From assembly GCA_964234715.1 (NCBI GenBank), contig OZ174278.1: a DNA stretch of 64,000 nucleotides; one strand, 5' to 3'. This document shows positions 13,245-25,919 of this stretch, in pieces. The stretch is from Podarcis melisellensis. Lineage: Eukaryota. Each line of letters starts with the position of its first letter. Positions within the stretch are counted from its first letter, which is position 1. Under the pieces are notes generated by a model. It ran no database searches. It saw only the letters and a list, made by a program, of their open reading frames with translations, and was not told the DNA's origin. Both the position numbers and the translations under genes were made by a program.

Positions 13245-13960
13245 CTCTTATATAAGCTGCCTTATACCAGTCAGGCCATTGGTCTACCTAGCACTGGCTC
13301 ATATGATTTTGCTGTTAAACTGGTAATTCTGTGCTTAAGATCTCTATGAAATTCACAGATAATGAATTTCATCACTAATAAATAGTCCTGCTTCTTATTA
13401 CAATGGAAACATAAAAAGATTTCTTACACAAAAATCTTCTGATGCAGTAGGCAGGCTGTGGCTGTTGTCTGTGTATCTTCAGATGCTCAAGAAAGATTGC
13501 ATTCCACTCTGGAAATATCCTAAAATATTCAGCATCTATTAAGTAGGTCAGAGCATCTATCATTTAGAGCTCATCATAAGACACCAATCAACTTCCCATC
13601 TCCTTGCTTTTAAGCTGTACATGCCAACACAGCTCAAGGTTAATATTAATACACTATAGAGAGAGCAGGGAAACTGGTCGCTACATATGAGCCTTGAAGC
13701 TGCCCACTTTACTTTGGGGGGGGGGGAGGTTGATGATGGGGAGAGAAACTTAAAGGAAACTAGAGGTGAGCTCTGTAGCTGGTGCTTCTCTTCCTGAACA
13801 TCATAACAGAAATTCACACCCAGGCAAAAGCACATTGAGGATGGACATCTCTCTACATCCAAAGTACCTACTGTGGGGAAGAGCAGGGAAGGAGGAGGAA
13901 GAGAGCAACTGCTGGGTTGATGGAGGAATAGCTGACCACCACCACTTGTCTCTCCCTTGA

Positions 13961-14097
13961 GCAGGTTTGGGGAACCTATGGACCTCCAAATTGCTGGACT
14001 ACAATTCCCATCATTCCTGACAGTGATCACACTGGCTAGGAATGATGGGATTTGGGAGTCCACCAACATTTGGAGGACCACAGGTTGCCCATAACTG
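13961..14097. mobile_element. Short palindromic MITE (hAT-like); related copies at ~7150-7290, ~25700-25840, ~26341-26425, ~39205-39337
   Basis: Whole element is an imperfect hairpin: GGGAACCTATGGACCTCCAAAT..GGACTACAATTCCCATCATTCCT / AGGAATGATGGGATTTGGGAGTCC..ATTTGGAGGACCACAGGTTGCCC. Confidence 0.7.
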
Positions 14098-14861
14098 TCC
14101 TTGAAGAACCAGTTGTCACAGTGAAACAGTGCCTATTCCCTGCCTTTGTCTCTCTCATGAGATCTTGACTGCTCTCTGCTTGGGGCCTCTGGCATAACAA
14201 GCTGCCACAACCACCTTTCAAATCAGCCATCTGAACCCTGAAGATGCAATTTAGCCTCACCCCAACTCTTTCTAAACAGTGGAGCAGGAAGAAAAATGAG
14301 TTTTGAAAGTGGGTAGGGGGGTCTTCCCTTTAAGTGAAAAGGAGAATATTTAACTCCGTCTCTTCCTTAAGAGCAACCCAACCCTCGCCATATGCATGCA
14401 ACATTCCTCCCAAGTTGAAATACTATTATAACAGTGGTTGCTGAATGCATCAGGATTGTTTAAAAAAAGAAACCTGAAAGCATCCACCATTGCATAAATT
14501 GAATTTAGACACAAGATTTGCAACATATGGTTTTGACTGCACTTGTGAAGGACCTACTGTCTTCATGGAATATTCACCCAGAAAATAACCACTGTAGCTA
14601 ACATGACGTTAACGTCGTGACTGTAAATGTGAAAATGAAAGAATGGATTTCATTGTCAGCTTCCAGAATGATTTCATAGGAAGGTTCAGTGAATTTGTTA
14701 GACCTAGAGAATTAAATATAATAGGCAGAAAATGATGAGGCTTCTTTATGATTTATGCATCTGCAAAAATTTGGATAAAGATTACCAAAGGTTAATATGC
14801 TCTCTATGAATCTGAAACACTTCAAAACTGTCCTATCAAATCCGCATCTCCAGCAATATTC

Positions 14862-14892
14862 TGACACCTAGTGGGAAATGAGTATAACTGCT
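14862..14892 (-). promoter_or_regulatory. Candidate CTCF site (core plus upstream module)
   Basis: TGACACCTAGTGGGAA..ATAACTGC resembles the reverse CTCF core (GCCMYCTAGTGG), with AACTGC at the expected spacing. Motif match only. Confidence 0.45.
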
Positions 14893-15879
14893 TATACAAT
14901 ACAGCTTTCCTGCCGTATTATACTTTTTTCTCTGTACTTAATGTATGCCCACCAATGTCACACATCCAAAGTGAATTTTAGTCCACAAAATATATGATAC
15001 AATAAATATGTAAGTCTTTAAGGGGCCACAAAATTCTTTGTTGCTTCTGGTTCCTAAGACAGAATAGTATGCCTTTGTCCATTGTTGACAGCTGATTTCG
15101 TGAGTAAGAAGGGAGAAAAAAAAATAATTGGGCTGGGATTACCCTCTCCAAAAAGGTGAGGAAAAAGTTGTGTGGCTGAAAATGCAAGATGGCTACTCCC
15201 AGAGAGTAATTTTCATCACAATTTCTCCTATGGAAGGTCCCGGAGGGTGGTTTTGTATCTAAAAATATGTGCTTGTCAATCTGTTTTTGTCGACATAAAG
15301 CATTTCATTGACTGCTGTGATGTAAAACTCAATTTAATACTTATATTAATACTTATATTAATACTTTAATATATTTCGTCTGGGCAGCCTTAAAAACAGT
15401 GATTATTAGAACACCGGGCTAGAATTTGGGAGACCAGGACTTGAATCCCCACTCAGTCATGAAACTCACGGCTAAAGAGTGGCACCTTCAGCAGCTTGGA
15501 TATAAAGCTGGGATATAAATGCAATAAATAAACAAAAACACAGAGCTAGGCTTTCCAACGTGTCTGGGAATGCTGGGGCGACCAGGGCTCCAAATCACAT
15601 GGAAGAAGCTACCTACTCACAGCAACCGGCTGTGGCATTGAGCTGCTTCCAAGCACTTCCACTCTCGCCCTCTACTGGCTCAGCCCACAGCTCTGGAAAT
15701 GGCATTCCCTGTAAATGCTTCTAAGCATCCTCTGGAAAATCCAAAATGCCTTTAGGCGGGAAGGGAGGGGGACCCCGTTGCATATGATGGGCTTTGAGTC
15801 CTTAACTATTAAAAGGGGACCGGGGGAGTTTACCAAAAGCAAACTAAACAAAAACTTTAACGATAAGCATCAGGAAAAC

Positions 15880-16650
15880 TACGCAGCAGCTAAGACAACA
15901 AACTACCATTCCCGACAGGCAAAGCGCAGGAAAAGCTGTCATAACAGACCCCTCTTCCTTCTTCCTCTGTACGTCACCGGAAAGTTCCTCCCACGTCCCA
16001 TCAGCCCCTTCGCACGGATTGGGTGACGTGTCCTGAGGGGAGGGGTCAGCGTGGCACGTAAGAGTGCGCGCCGACTAGATGCTTGGCTGGCGGGCATTGT
16101 AGTTTCTCTGCCTACGGACTGCGCTGGGGCTTTATGAGAGGAACTACATTTCCCAGCATGCACCGCGTCGCGCGAGGTTTTTTTTTTCCCAAGCTGCGAA
16201 GGTACAGTCATCACAGCGGTAAACGGCCCAGGAAGCCGGCGAGTGTCACGCATAACAACAGGCGGGGCGTTATAGGACCGGGCCAGGGCAGCGAGAAGTT
16301 TCGAAGATGGCCGGGGAGATGACGGTGCTGGGTGAGTGAGAGGGGCCGGCTGAAAGCGGGTGGGTGGTCGTGTCAGCCTCTGCTCGGCGCCTCGTTAAGA
16401 TCCCCCCTAAATTCTCGCCTGCCTGCCTGCCTGCCTGCCTGCCTCCCGCTGCTTTTTTCGGGGGGAACCTCGGCCTAGATCCGCCGCTGAAACCCAGGGC
16501 TCTACGCCGGAGTACTCGAAGCTAAAATGAAAGCTTTTGAGTACACGCAGGGCTTTGGAGGTGTCTGAAAGGAGCCTCCAGTTCCAGAGGCAGCCTACCT
16601 GTGCGTTTGAATGCCAGCCGCGGGGAGGGACGTCGCCTTCATGCGCTGCT
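15880..16650 (+). promoter_or_regulatory. CpG-island promoter of HSPA13 with three ZNF143/THAP11-type ACTACA..TCCC motifs, ETS, CRE-like, CCAAT and UPR-type elements
   Basis: Sharp CpG enrichment around the ATG at 16307. Motifs: ACTACCATTCCCGACAGGC 15902, minus-strand ACTACAATGCCCG 16081-16103, ACTACATTTCCCAGCATGC 16143, CCGGAA ~15977, ATTGG-G-TGACGTGTC 16018-16032. Confidence 0.8.
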
Positions 16651-19600
16651 TACAGGGTGGCTTGAGGCAAAAGAGGACAGAATTCCTCTCCCACTAATTC
16701 GCTGTGTAGGAAAGGGAATGGTGCACAACTACTAAAAGTGCAGGAGATCTATGTTTTTCTGTCTCTGGTTACCCGTGTCGGGTTGGACTAGATGACACTC
16801 GAGTCCCTCCCTACTCTACAATTCTATGAATCCTGGAGGCATCTGGTGGGACCCTTTGACTTCAAGACGCTGGACCAGATGAATTTTTGGTCTGACCCAG
16901 TAGGACAGTCTACTGATTTTTATGCTTTTGTATTGTGGTGTACTGGCCCGGACACTGAGGTCCAGTTCCGAGGGCCTTCTGGCGGTTCCCTCGCTGCAAG
17001 AAGTGAGCTTACAGGGAACCAGGCAGAGGGCCTTCTTGGTAGTGGCGCCTGCCCTGTGGAACGCCCTCCCACCATATGTCAAGGCAATAAACAACAATTT
17101 TACTTTTAAAAGACAACTGAAGGCAGCCCTGTTTAGGGAAGTTTTTAATGTCTGACGCTGTATTGTTTTTAATATTCGGTTGGAAGCCGCCCAGGGTGGC
17201 TGGGGTAAAAATAATAAATTATGATGAGGGGGAGGGGTGGAGCTGCTGCCAACCAGAAAAAGGTGATCACCTCAGGCGTCTGATCTTTGGTATCATGAAA
17301 AATTACAAATGGTTTTGCATGTATACAGTATTTTCACTGCCCAGGAGGGAGAGAGGCACTTGTGGGATTTTCTGCTTCCGGTACCAAAATAATTTGACCA
17401 GCGTCACTGCTATTCATTTGCTGCTTTGCCTCAGGATGGTCCTGGACTTAGGGGATGAAAGTGTTAAAGCACTTCCTTTGCAGACTTCAGTGTCTATAAT
17501 TTTGCTTCTGGGAAACTGATCAGTGATTGGTAGAGTCACAGGAAGAGGGGTGTTTAGTGAAGCAGTTGAAGAAGGAGAGGATGAAAGTTGTTTGTTTTCT
17601 CTAGGAGGGTGCCTTTCATTGTCTTTCTAGTTTGGAGTTTGTTACACAGGCAATGTGTTTGCCATCTGCCAATACTGGAAAAAGGCTTGATGGACCTGTT
17701 TCAAAGAACTGGCAGTGCCCATGACTCATCAGAAAGATTTTATTTGAGTGGATAGCACAGTGAAAATGCCAACAGTGTGAGGCAGCTGTGAAAAAGACAC
17801 TATGTGCTAGGGATTATTAGAAAAGGAATTAAAAATAAAACTGTCAGTATGAAAATGTTCTGATTCAAATCCATAATACACCCCTTTTGGAATATTATGT
17901 ACAGTTCAAAATGATATTATAGAACTAGAGTAGACGCAGCTAAAATGACCATGGAGTGTATTAAAATCTAAATGGTTTGGGGATCTTTAGCTTTTTTAAA
18001 AAATATAATTTATGAGTGACACAATAGCTGTTCTAAAAATTGTACCTGCTGTGTATGATCCTGCATAGTTGAGATTCCTGCATTGCAGGGCGTTGGACTG
18101 GTTGACCCTTGGGTCCCTTTCAACTCTATAATTCTATGGAAAATATGGATAGTCTTGTTAAATACTTCTGGGATTAATTTTCTGACTTTTAATTTTTCTT
18201 TCTTTCCTTTCAGGTTCTGCTATTTTGACACTTTTATTAGCTGGATACCTGGCCCAACAGTATTTACCTATGCCCACACCAAAAGTAATAGGGGTTGACC
18301 TTGGCACCACATATTTTTCAGTTGGCGTTTTCCTTCCTGGCACAGGGCAGGTGAAAGTGATTCCTGATGAAAGTGGGCACAACAGCATTCCAAGCATAGT
18401 GTCATTCACGGAGGGAGATATTTATGTGGGATATGATGGGCTAGAGCTGGCAGATTCAAACCCACAGAACACTGTGTATGACGCCAAGCGATTTATAGGG
18501 AAGCTCTTCACACCAAAAGAATTGATAAGTGAGAGCCGCAGATACCCATTTAAGGTGAGTTTAATGTTTTGTTTACCAGCTAACTGCCAATGAGTGTTTG
18601 ATACCCACACTTCTCACTGCTGTGTAATAAGTTAGAAGACCTGAGATTATTCATTTGTTCTAGGAATAGGTGAAGCTGAGGCTTTGTGGTTAGAAGTGCT
18701 TCGTACAAATGAGGAGTATGTTTTTACGTTTTGGAAATATATTTTGTGCTGTTGGGAACTGCTTAAATTTACACCACTCTTAAATATTAATTAAATCGTA
18801 TGCATCGTGTGATTTCAGGTAATGTCTAGTTCAGACAAATCCTTTTAAATGAAAAAGAAAGCCTCTATGATGAATTCTGGCATGTTTCTGTGGTTCCTAT
18901 ACATATGGAGTTTTAATTTTGTTTTAGAGTATACTTTACACTTTTTTGCTGTGTGAGCCACCCAAAGAACTGTCATGAGATGGCTATATAAATATAATGA
19001 ATAAATAAGGAATTTTATTTCTTAACAGCACACTCCTATGTTCACTCAGAATTAAGTGAGTAATTCTGTGTACAGGCAGGTCCACTCACTCATATGTATG
19101 TGATAGCAGCTTAAAGATTCTGCTTTTCTCTTGTTTTTCAGATTATTAATAACAAGGGAGCTGCTGAATTTTCCATTGCAACCAATGAGACTTATAATGT
19201 AACACCAGAATATATTGGTTCTCAACTCCTTTTGAAATTGAAGAGGATGTCAGAGGACTACCTTGGAATGCCTGTTTCCAGAGCAGTTATTTCAGTGCCA
19301 GCAGAGTTTGATGAAAGACAACGAAACTACACTATTAAAGCAGCAAGACTTGCAGGTGATGCATATTTTCCCTTGTATTCTTGCTAAACTCAGTTTATTT
19401 TCATAATGCCATACTTGGAGCCTATATAATAGTAGGCCAGCATTGACTTGTCTTTGGCTTTGACTTGTGCAGCGTTAGAAATTGTGAATGAAATTTCTCC
19501 AGAATGACAAGCAGAGTTAGAAACAAAATTAAGGAAACAAAATCACTTACAAATACACAACCATTTATTGTCTGAAGGAGAGTTAGACACACTTAGTCGT

Positions 19601-21310
19601 CATATTTGGTTTAGAATCATTATTTTACTAGATGGAATAGGAGGCAAAAATAAAAATATTGATAACATATTTTATCTTTTAAAGGACTGGAAATCTTGCG
19701 GGTAATTAATGAACCCACTGCAGCAGCCATGGCATATGGTCTCCACAAAGTTGATGTTTCTAATGTTCTGGTCGTAGACTTGGGTGGAGGAACGTTGGAT
19801 GTTTCTCTGCTGAACAAGCAAGGAGGGATGTTTCTGACCCGAGCCATGGCAGGTAAAGAAGAGTCTTTAATGCTAGGGTTTGAGTCACTAAAATAATTTT
19901 ACTTGGCACTTCTAATACGGCAAGCTGTAGGTTGGTTCTACATCTTTCCCCCTGCTTGTATACCATTGGATACACTCATGCTTATCGCGGGCAGCTGAAT
20001 ATGTGAACTGACTTCATTAAAAAATGCTGTAGTTAAGATTACATTGAAAGATGTAGAAGTCCTGTCCGAGGTGCTACATTTGTGATGGCCTGCCCATGCA
20101 TGCAAATTAACACTTGATGTTGTAGTAAACGAGTCATGAATGAATGCCTTGGGTCCTGTACTGGAAGAAAGGTGGGATATAAAGAAAATAAATAAATCTG
20201 TAAGACTTCCCTATAATGAGGTGAACATAGAGAGGTCAGAGAGGCGAGTTATTGGCCTTAATTTTTGTGTGTCCCATTTATTCCTAATATATTTTCTGGA
20301 TAATGAGCACCAATGATTTTTTTTGTGGAACTTGCTTCCAAATGAACCTATACTTATGAGTAGCTTAAGCCAGGTTATGATGCACCAAGCTCAGTACAGC
20401 CAACCAGCTGTCTGTGGCAACCTCTCAAGTGCTCAGTGAAACCACCTGTTTTAGGAGATAGCTCATTCAGTGGAGCAAGAGACTCTTAATTTTTGGGTCA
20501 TGGGTTCATGCAGGGGGTTGGACTAGATGACCCTCATGGTCTCTTCCAACTCCTCAGTTCTATGCTTCTAAGCTATACTTATCATTGTCTTCAACTGCTG
20601 TGTTGTCTGTATGTCGGCTTTGTATTTTAGGTAACAACAAACTTGGAGGGCAGGACTTCAATCAGCGACTGATGCAATACCTATATGATGAGATGCATCA
20701 CACATATGGCTCTCTGCCTTCTAAAAAGGAAGAGATACATAGACTCAGACAGGCTGTAGAAGCTGTCAAATTGAACTTGACGGTTCACAACTCTTCCACA
20801 ATCAGAATTTCTCTTACTATGCCACAGCGGAAGCACCAACATGAACCCTTGAAGGAAGAGAACAATGTATACAGCAAACATGAAAGTGTCCCTTCAGAAA
20901 TCGAAACAGGGATGAATGAGGACCTGAAGGGCAGTCTTTCAGAAACACAGAACGTCCCTTGGAAAAAAGTTCTCTTTGAAACAGAAATTTCCCGGAAACT
21001 CTTTGAGACATTAAATGAAGACCTTTTTGAGAAGATTCTTGTTCCTATTAAGCAGGTATTGAAAGAAGGACATCTACACAAGACTGAAGTAGATGAGATT
21101 GTATTAGTTGGAGGCTCCACCCGAATTCCAAGAATACGTAAAGTTATTACAGAATTCTTTGGGAAGAAACCCAACACTTCCGTTGACCCAGATCTAGCTG
21201 TGGTAATAGGGGTGGCCATTCAGGCTGGAATTGTGGGGGGATCTTGGCCCCTCCAAGTTAGTGCTGTGGAAATTCCAAACAGGCATTTACGAAAGATAAA
21301 TTTCATCTAA
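16307..21310 (+). CDS. HSPA13: Heat shock 70 kDa protein 13 (STCH), ER/microsomal Hsp70-like ATPase; join(16307..16331,18214..18554,19142..19355,19685..19852,20631..21310), 475 aa
   Basis: Spliced ORF starts [41 protein letters not shown]. It contains Hsp70 ATPase motifs ([51 protein letters not shown]) and ends [21 protein letters not shown] with no peptide-binding domain. Exons 25/341/214/168/680 nt, all GT-AG, total 1428 nt in frame. Confidence 0.97.
16417..16444. repeat. (GCCT)n microsatellite in HSPA13 intron 1
   Basis: About 7 units. Confidence 0.9.
16948..17215 (+). mobile_element. L2-type LINE 3' fragment in HSPA13 intron 1
   Basis: Translates [38 protein letters not shown], then a 3' UTR. 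Matches 43063-43350. Confidence 0.75.
17740..18060 (+). mobile_element. Degenerate CR1 fragment
   Basis: CAGTGTGAGGCAGCTGTGAAAAAG..TGCTAGGGATTATTAG..TTGGAATATTATGTACAGTTC resembles CR1 ORF2 (QC.AAVKKAN..LG.I / LEYCVQF). Confidence 0.5.
20456..20570 (+). mobile_element. tRNA-Lys-derived SINE, internally deleted
   Basis: TAGCTCA..GAGACTCTTAAT..GGGTCATGGGTTC joined to GCAGGGGGTTGGACTAGATGACCC tail. Tail-only copies at ~16780-16830 and ~18070-18140. Confidence 0.65.
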
Positions 21311-22039
21311 GTGTCAGTGTTCTTATCCCATTTTATTTTCTTCAGTTCCGTAACTAAGCAGGGCTCTATATGTCCTAACCTAAATCCATTAGCATGTTGG
21401 ACTGTTCAGTGTACATTAGTTCCTTCCCTGTGTCCCTTGTAAGGGATTAGCTATATAAAGAAGAAAATATTGTTAATACTTGAGCTACAGGAAAACATGA
21501 GCTCATTTGTTAAGGAAAGCCAATGATCAGAAACATTGTTTCTGAAGCATGATTTTATTTTATTTTATTAATTTAATAATCAACAGAACCTCCAGACTTC
21601 TTTACTTGAAAATGGAATTACACCATTCTGAAGTAATGAGGGAGATAGTGTTGGCATTGTTTCCTGGCATTTCCCAGGAATATGTATTGACTGTGAACTG
21701 GCCTGGCAGTAGCAGTATTAATGCAGATAGCACAGCTGAAGTTCATCTTAAATGGCATTTAAAAGCACTTTTCTTAATGTTGCATTGAAGCTTGAATGTG
21801 CTTTAGATAGTAGCACTTTACCAAGAGCTGTTCTGCAGATCCTACCAAAAATCTAATGCATTCCTTAACATTAGCCATGGGGAATCATCACTATTGGACA
21901 CCTCTTAGTATTTCTAGTATAAGGTAGTAAGAGGCAAACATTATGGTTTCTACTCATGTGCTGAGGGAAGTTTGCAATTGTATGTGTTATCACTGGAAAC
22001 TCCATGATTGTATGGTATGTTGACTTTGTTCAAATATAA

Positions 22040-22360
22040 TTCTAAAACTATGGTTTAGTTTAGTGCTATGTGAATGAGGCTGTGGTTTGTGTGATCCCAC
22101 TTTCCTTGTCCTCAGGCAGCTGTGAGTAGGTTAGAAACTTTCTTCCTTTTTTGGTTAATGCAGTTTAGCTTTACATCCAGAACCTAAACTGTGGCTAGTC
22201 TTAACTATGGTTTACTGAAAGAAGCCAGCTTCATAAGCCACTATTTTGAAGCTGGCTTGTTGCAAGAATCCAAAATCAAGACTAGCCAGTTCAAATTTTA
22301 CTTGAGGGAGTGCTTGCACCTGACTCTTATTCATGTAACACTAAACTATAGTCTAATGTT
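22040..22360. repeat. Nested inverted-repeat element (old MITE-like); similar AAACCATGGTTT-type remnants at ~1990-2200, ~25120-25340, ~51740-52170
   Basis: Outer arms 22056-22078 / 22326-22348. Inner arms 22193-22202 / 22278-22287 and 22222-22233 / 22247-22258. Confidence 0.6.
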
Positions 22361-24566
22361 GTGCCCCAAGCGAGGCTAGTGTAAAACTTGTATTTTTCGG
22401 TTTTGATCAGTTATTACTACTGAAAAATTCCATAATGCAGATAACTCTACCTTTGCTTTAGTTGTCACAGTTTGTGCAATTCAGAGAACAGTCTTTTTAA
22501 CCATTCCATAAAAAAAGTTGAAGTAGCAATTTCAGTCTATGCTTTTGTAGAAAGTATTGAAACTAAATATTCCAGGACTCTTGAAAACACTCCATTCTTG
22601 TTAATAAGAAAACTGGTATTTTCTGGCTGCTGATGTTAGTCAGCAGCATTGAAGTAAACATCTCATTGTTTACTTATTTTAGATTTAGATTTGCTTCTAA
22701 ATTTGCAATTAATGACATAGGGATTAATGTGTAATCCTAATGTGTCAAAACGCTCACAGAGTGTTGCAATGTTAATGCAAACAATACTGAGTGTTTTTTT
22801 GGGGTCTCACCCTCAAACATGTGCAAACCTGAGATACAATGGTCAGAAATTTTCTTAATTATGGTGGTTAAAAATGTGCCATTGTTGAGGAGATAGTTAA
22901 CGAACATTATATCTCATTGCCCAGGTTACTCTGTGTTTGTCTATATCGGCACTTTGTCAAAGATCGTCATAATCGTGTGTAGAGCGAAATGTACTGTACA
23001 ATGTGGCTCAAAGAACATGGCTGAAACCTAGTTCTGAGTGGTTGTTTTTTTGTGGTGGTGGAGAAAGGGCACGGAGAATGTTTTCAAGGAGCAGAACCAG
23101 TTGTGTAAAGAGCAGGATGCTGTGTGTGAACTGCACTGTAGTCTTTGTATAGATACTGAAGATTATATTGCTATTAGTAGGACCACCAACTACTTGATCA
23201 GGATTCAAAGAGCTGGACATCTAGTTCTAAGAGCCCAAGGATCTTCTGACTCCTAACCCATCCTGCAAAGCAAACTGCTTTTAAAATCTGGATTTTGAAA
23301 GTAGATTGTCATAAGTCATAGGTGTTCTGAATTCATGGTTATCAGCTGCTGAAAGAAGCAAATACAAAGAAATCCACTTGTGAGCCTCAGTAGCTCATGG
23401 GAACTCGGGCCCATTGTTTCTTACTTCGGATATAAAGAAGCAGACCAGTCTTTACTTTTAAAGAGACTTGAATTCTTTAGGTGTACAGCAACAAGAGGTG
23501 AACCAAATAAATTGAGAATGTGAATCAGAGATTGTTGATGGAATTGAAGAAAACGTCAAACTTATTCTCAGGCTGTCCTTACAGTATCGGTAGATAGAAT
23601 ATAGCATTTTATCAGCAGATGGCTGTGTGAGAAATGAACTTCCTCTCCTTCCCCCTCTCCCCATATGGCCCTGGCATACTCCCTCAATCTCCTCTGGGGG
23701 GTTGGGGAGGGACAGACCCTTTGTAGCAGATTTTGGGGGAGAGGAAGGTGAAGTCCTGTTATGCGAGAGGAAATCCACTTGCACAATGTTGGAATGCAAC
23801 CATAAATTGCATTTTTCTTGTAATGAGAGGAATGTACATCTCACATTTTTTTCTAAACTTTCCAACACAAGGCCAACTCCTGTTGCCTTTAAAAATTGGT
23901 TGTAGCCCTTCCATATATTAAAGGGGTAACCCTTCTTGCTTAGCTTAGCAAGAAGAGAAAGCTTTGCCTCACAGCTTTCTGTAATCCATTTTTATTGAAG
24001 TTTTACGTTGCCAAGTGATGATTTTACATGGCAAGGCAAAGTTACAAGTGAAAACCATACAAGTTTAGGTCAAATATTGGTAAAATTAAGCTTCATGGAA
24101 GTCACAGTTACCCAAACTATCAACGTCTGGAAGTCTGTATCTCATCGATCAGGATAGCTTCTAGAAGTTTCTAAAGAGCAGAAGGGCAGCCATCTCTGGT
24201 GGACCTAGCTCTAAAAAACTGTTTTAAAAGCAGCTTACTCAGGTGCTGTTAAGGCATGCCTCTGTTTATGGCAAAGGAAGCAGACTTGATTTTCTTCCCC
24301 ACCCATAGTGATTTGATTATGCTGGAGCCGGCTTACTGGCATCCTTAACTGTGCCCCCTATGAGTTGCTGTGCTGGTGCAGTAGCTTGCAGAACCCAATT
24401 AGTTTTAAGGTTTACTTGAAGATTTAGAGTTGTTTTGCAAAGAAGTAAATGTATTTCGGACATTAACTTATTATGGCAAACTTGTAAACCATAACATGGC
24501 CCCTCCCTATTTTTAGACAAATAATTATAGTAAAATATTTTTCTTACTGAAGCCATTGGCTTTAAA

Positions 24567-24591
24567 ACACACACACACACACACACACACA
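24567..24591. repeat. (AC)n microsatellite
   Basis: Read directly. Confidence 0.95.
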
Positions 24592-24862
24592 TTCAAATTG
24601 TTCTCACAGGTTTCTATAAAAAAGAAATAGACATATGAGAAAAATAAGACTTGGACAGGCTTATTTCATCAGTTGGAATCCTGATGGGTTAGCTAAGTAA
24701 CATTTGTATCGGCGTCTCTTGCTGGAACTACAGTTCCTTTCACACTGGCACATAAAACGATTAAGCTGGGTTGCAGGCTACTGTGAAGCGGATTTTCTGT
24801 GTGGAAAAAGGATAATTTTGTTTGGAGACTGCATTTACAAAATTGTCTTTTTGTATTATCAA

Positions 24863-24900
24863 AATAAAAGACCTTTTATACTGTCTGTTGTGCTTATTTT
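24863..24900 (+). terminator. Candidate polyadenylation signal for HSPA13
   Basis: AATAAA at 24863 with upstream TGTA and downstream GT/T-rich CTGTCTGTTGTGCTTATTTT. Another AATAAA lies at 23506. Confidence 0.35.
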
Positions 24901-25919
24901 GAGACTGCCCTATTGAATGTAAATAAGGTCATGGCCATTAAACTAGGGTGTTTATAAGATGGAGGGGAATCTCACTGCCACATAGAAGTTTAATAATGCT
25001 ACTGCAGAAGTATGTCAAGGCTTGGAAGGATTTCCATAATCAACACATACACACAGTTTTCTTAAATATTAAGAGTATTCGCTCTGCAGTTTGAGGATTT
25101 TCCAGCCCACTTCAGACAATGCCAAACCATGGTTTGTTCTGAGGCTGACAGTTTCTCTTCTCCTTTCCTTCTCAGAGTGAGAGAAAGAGAGAAGTTTCTA
25201 TTCACAGTTCAGAACAAATTGCAATTTCCCAGTTTCATTCCTACAGAATGGAAAACTGCAGCTTATTGCAAACGCTGGAACAGAAGCTTCACATTTCTTA
25301 AGGCTAAATGTACCTTGTGGCAGTAACAAACCTTGGTTTATCATTTAATTGAACTGGGCTATGGAAAATGAAGGGCTTGGTGTCACCGGCTAATGAATTT
25401 GCTGGATTTTATGGCAGGGAATGTCCAATTGCGCGGTTCTATCCTACTTCACTTGCATTTTCTGGGACCTCACAGGTGATATTTTTGTTGGGAGTACTTT
25501 GAGTTTAGTAGTAGCGAGTTATCTGGTCATTAGGCAATACTGTCTACCCTGAACCATAATGACAAACTGGCAGGAAGAAAGTGAACCAGGGTATGTGTTT
25601 AGGAACTGAAATCAAAATATTGCTTCACTTCAGATTTTTATGCCATGCTTTTTCAAAATTGTAACAAGCCCCCGCCCCCCCCATACTTGGTGATGATCAG
25701 GACTGTGTTCGCAGGCCTGCCTTCCCTTTCCCCAGTCAGATGTCCAGACTGCAGCTCATCGATCCCAGCCAATAGCCAAGGTTGATGGGAGTTGCAGTCC
25801 GAAATGGACAAATAGCACTGGGTTAGCAAAGGCTGCTCCAGAGCCAGAGGGGCTAAACTGATTCTCATCAAGCTCCTTGTAATTAATAAGCTGCTACAAG
25901 TTTGCTAACTTTGATAATG

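Noticed and set aside
15336-15367. 12-bp tandem repeat giving a LILILI ORF end
   Set aside because: Simple AT-rich duplication with no evidence of coding.
1-15800. SAMSN1 or another protein-coding gene in the first 15.8 kb
   Set aside because: No ORF or exon resembling SAMSN1 (SH3/SAM) or any other recognisable protein. The ORFs are short, repeat-derived or compositionally random.
20785-21219. 144-aa antisense ORF
   Set aside because: Shadow of HSPA13 exon 5.
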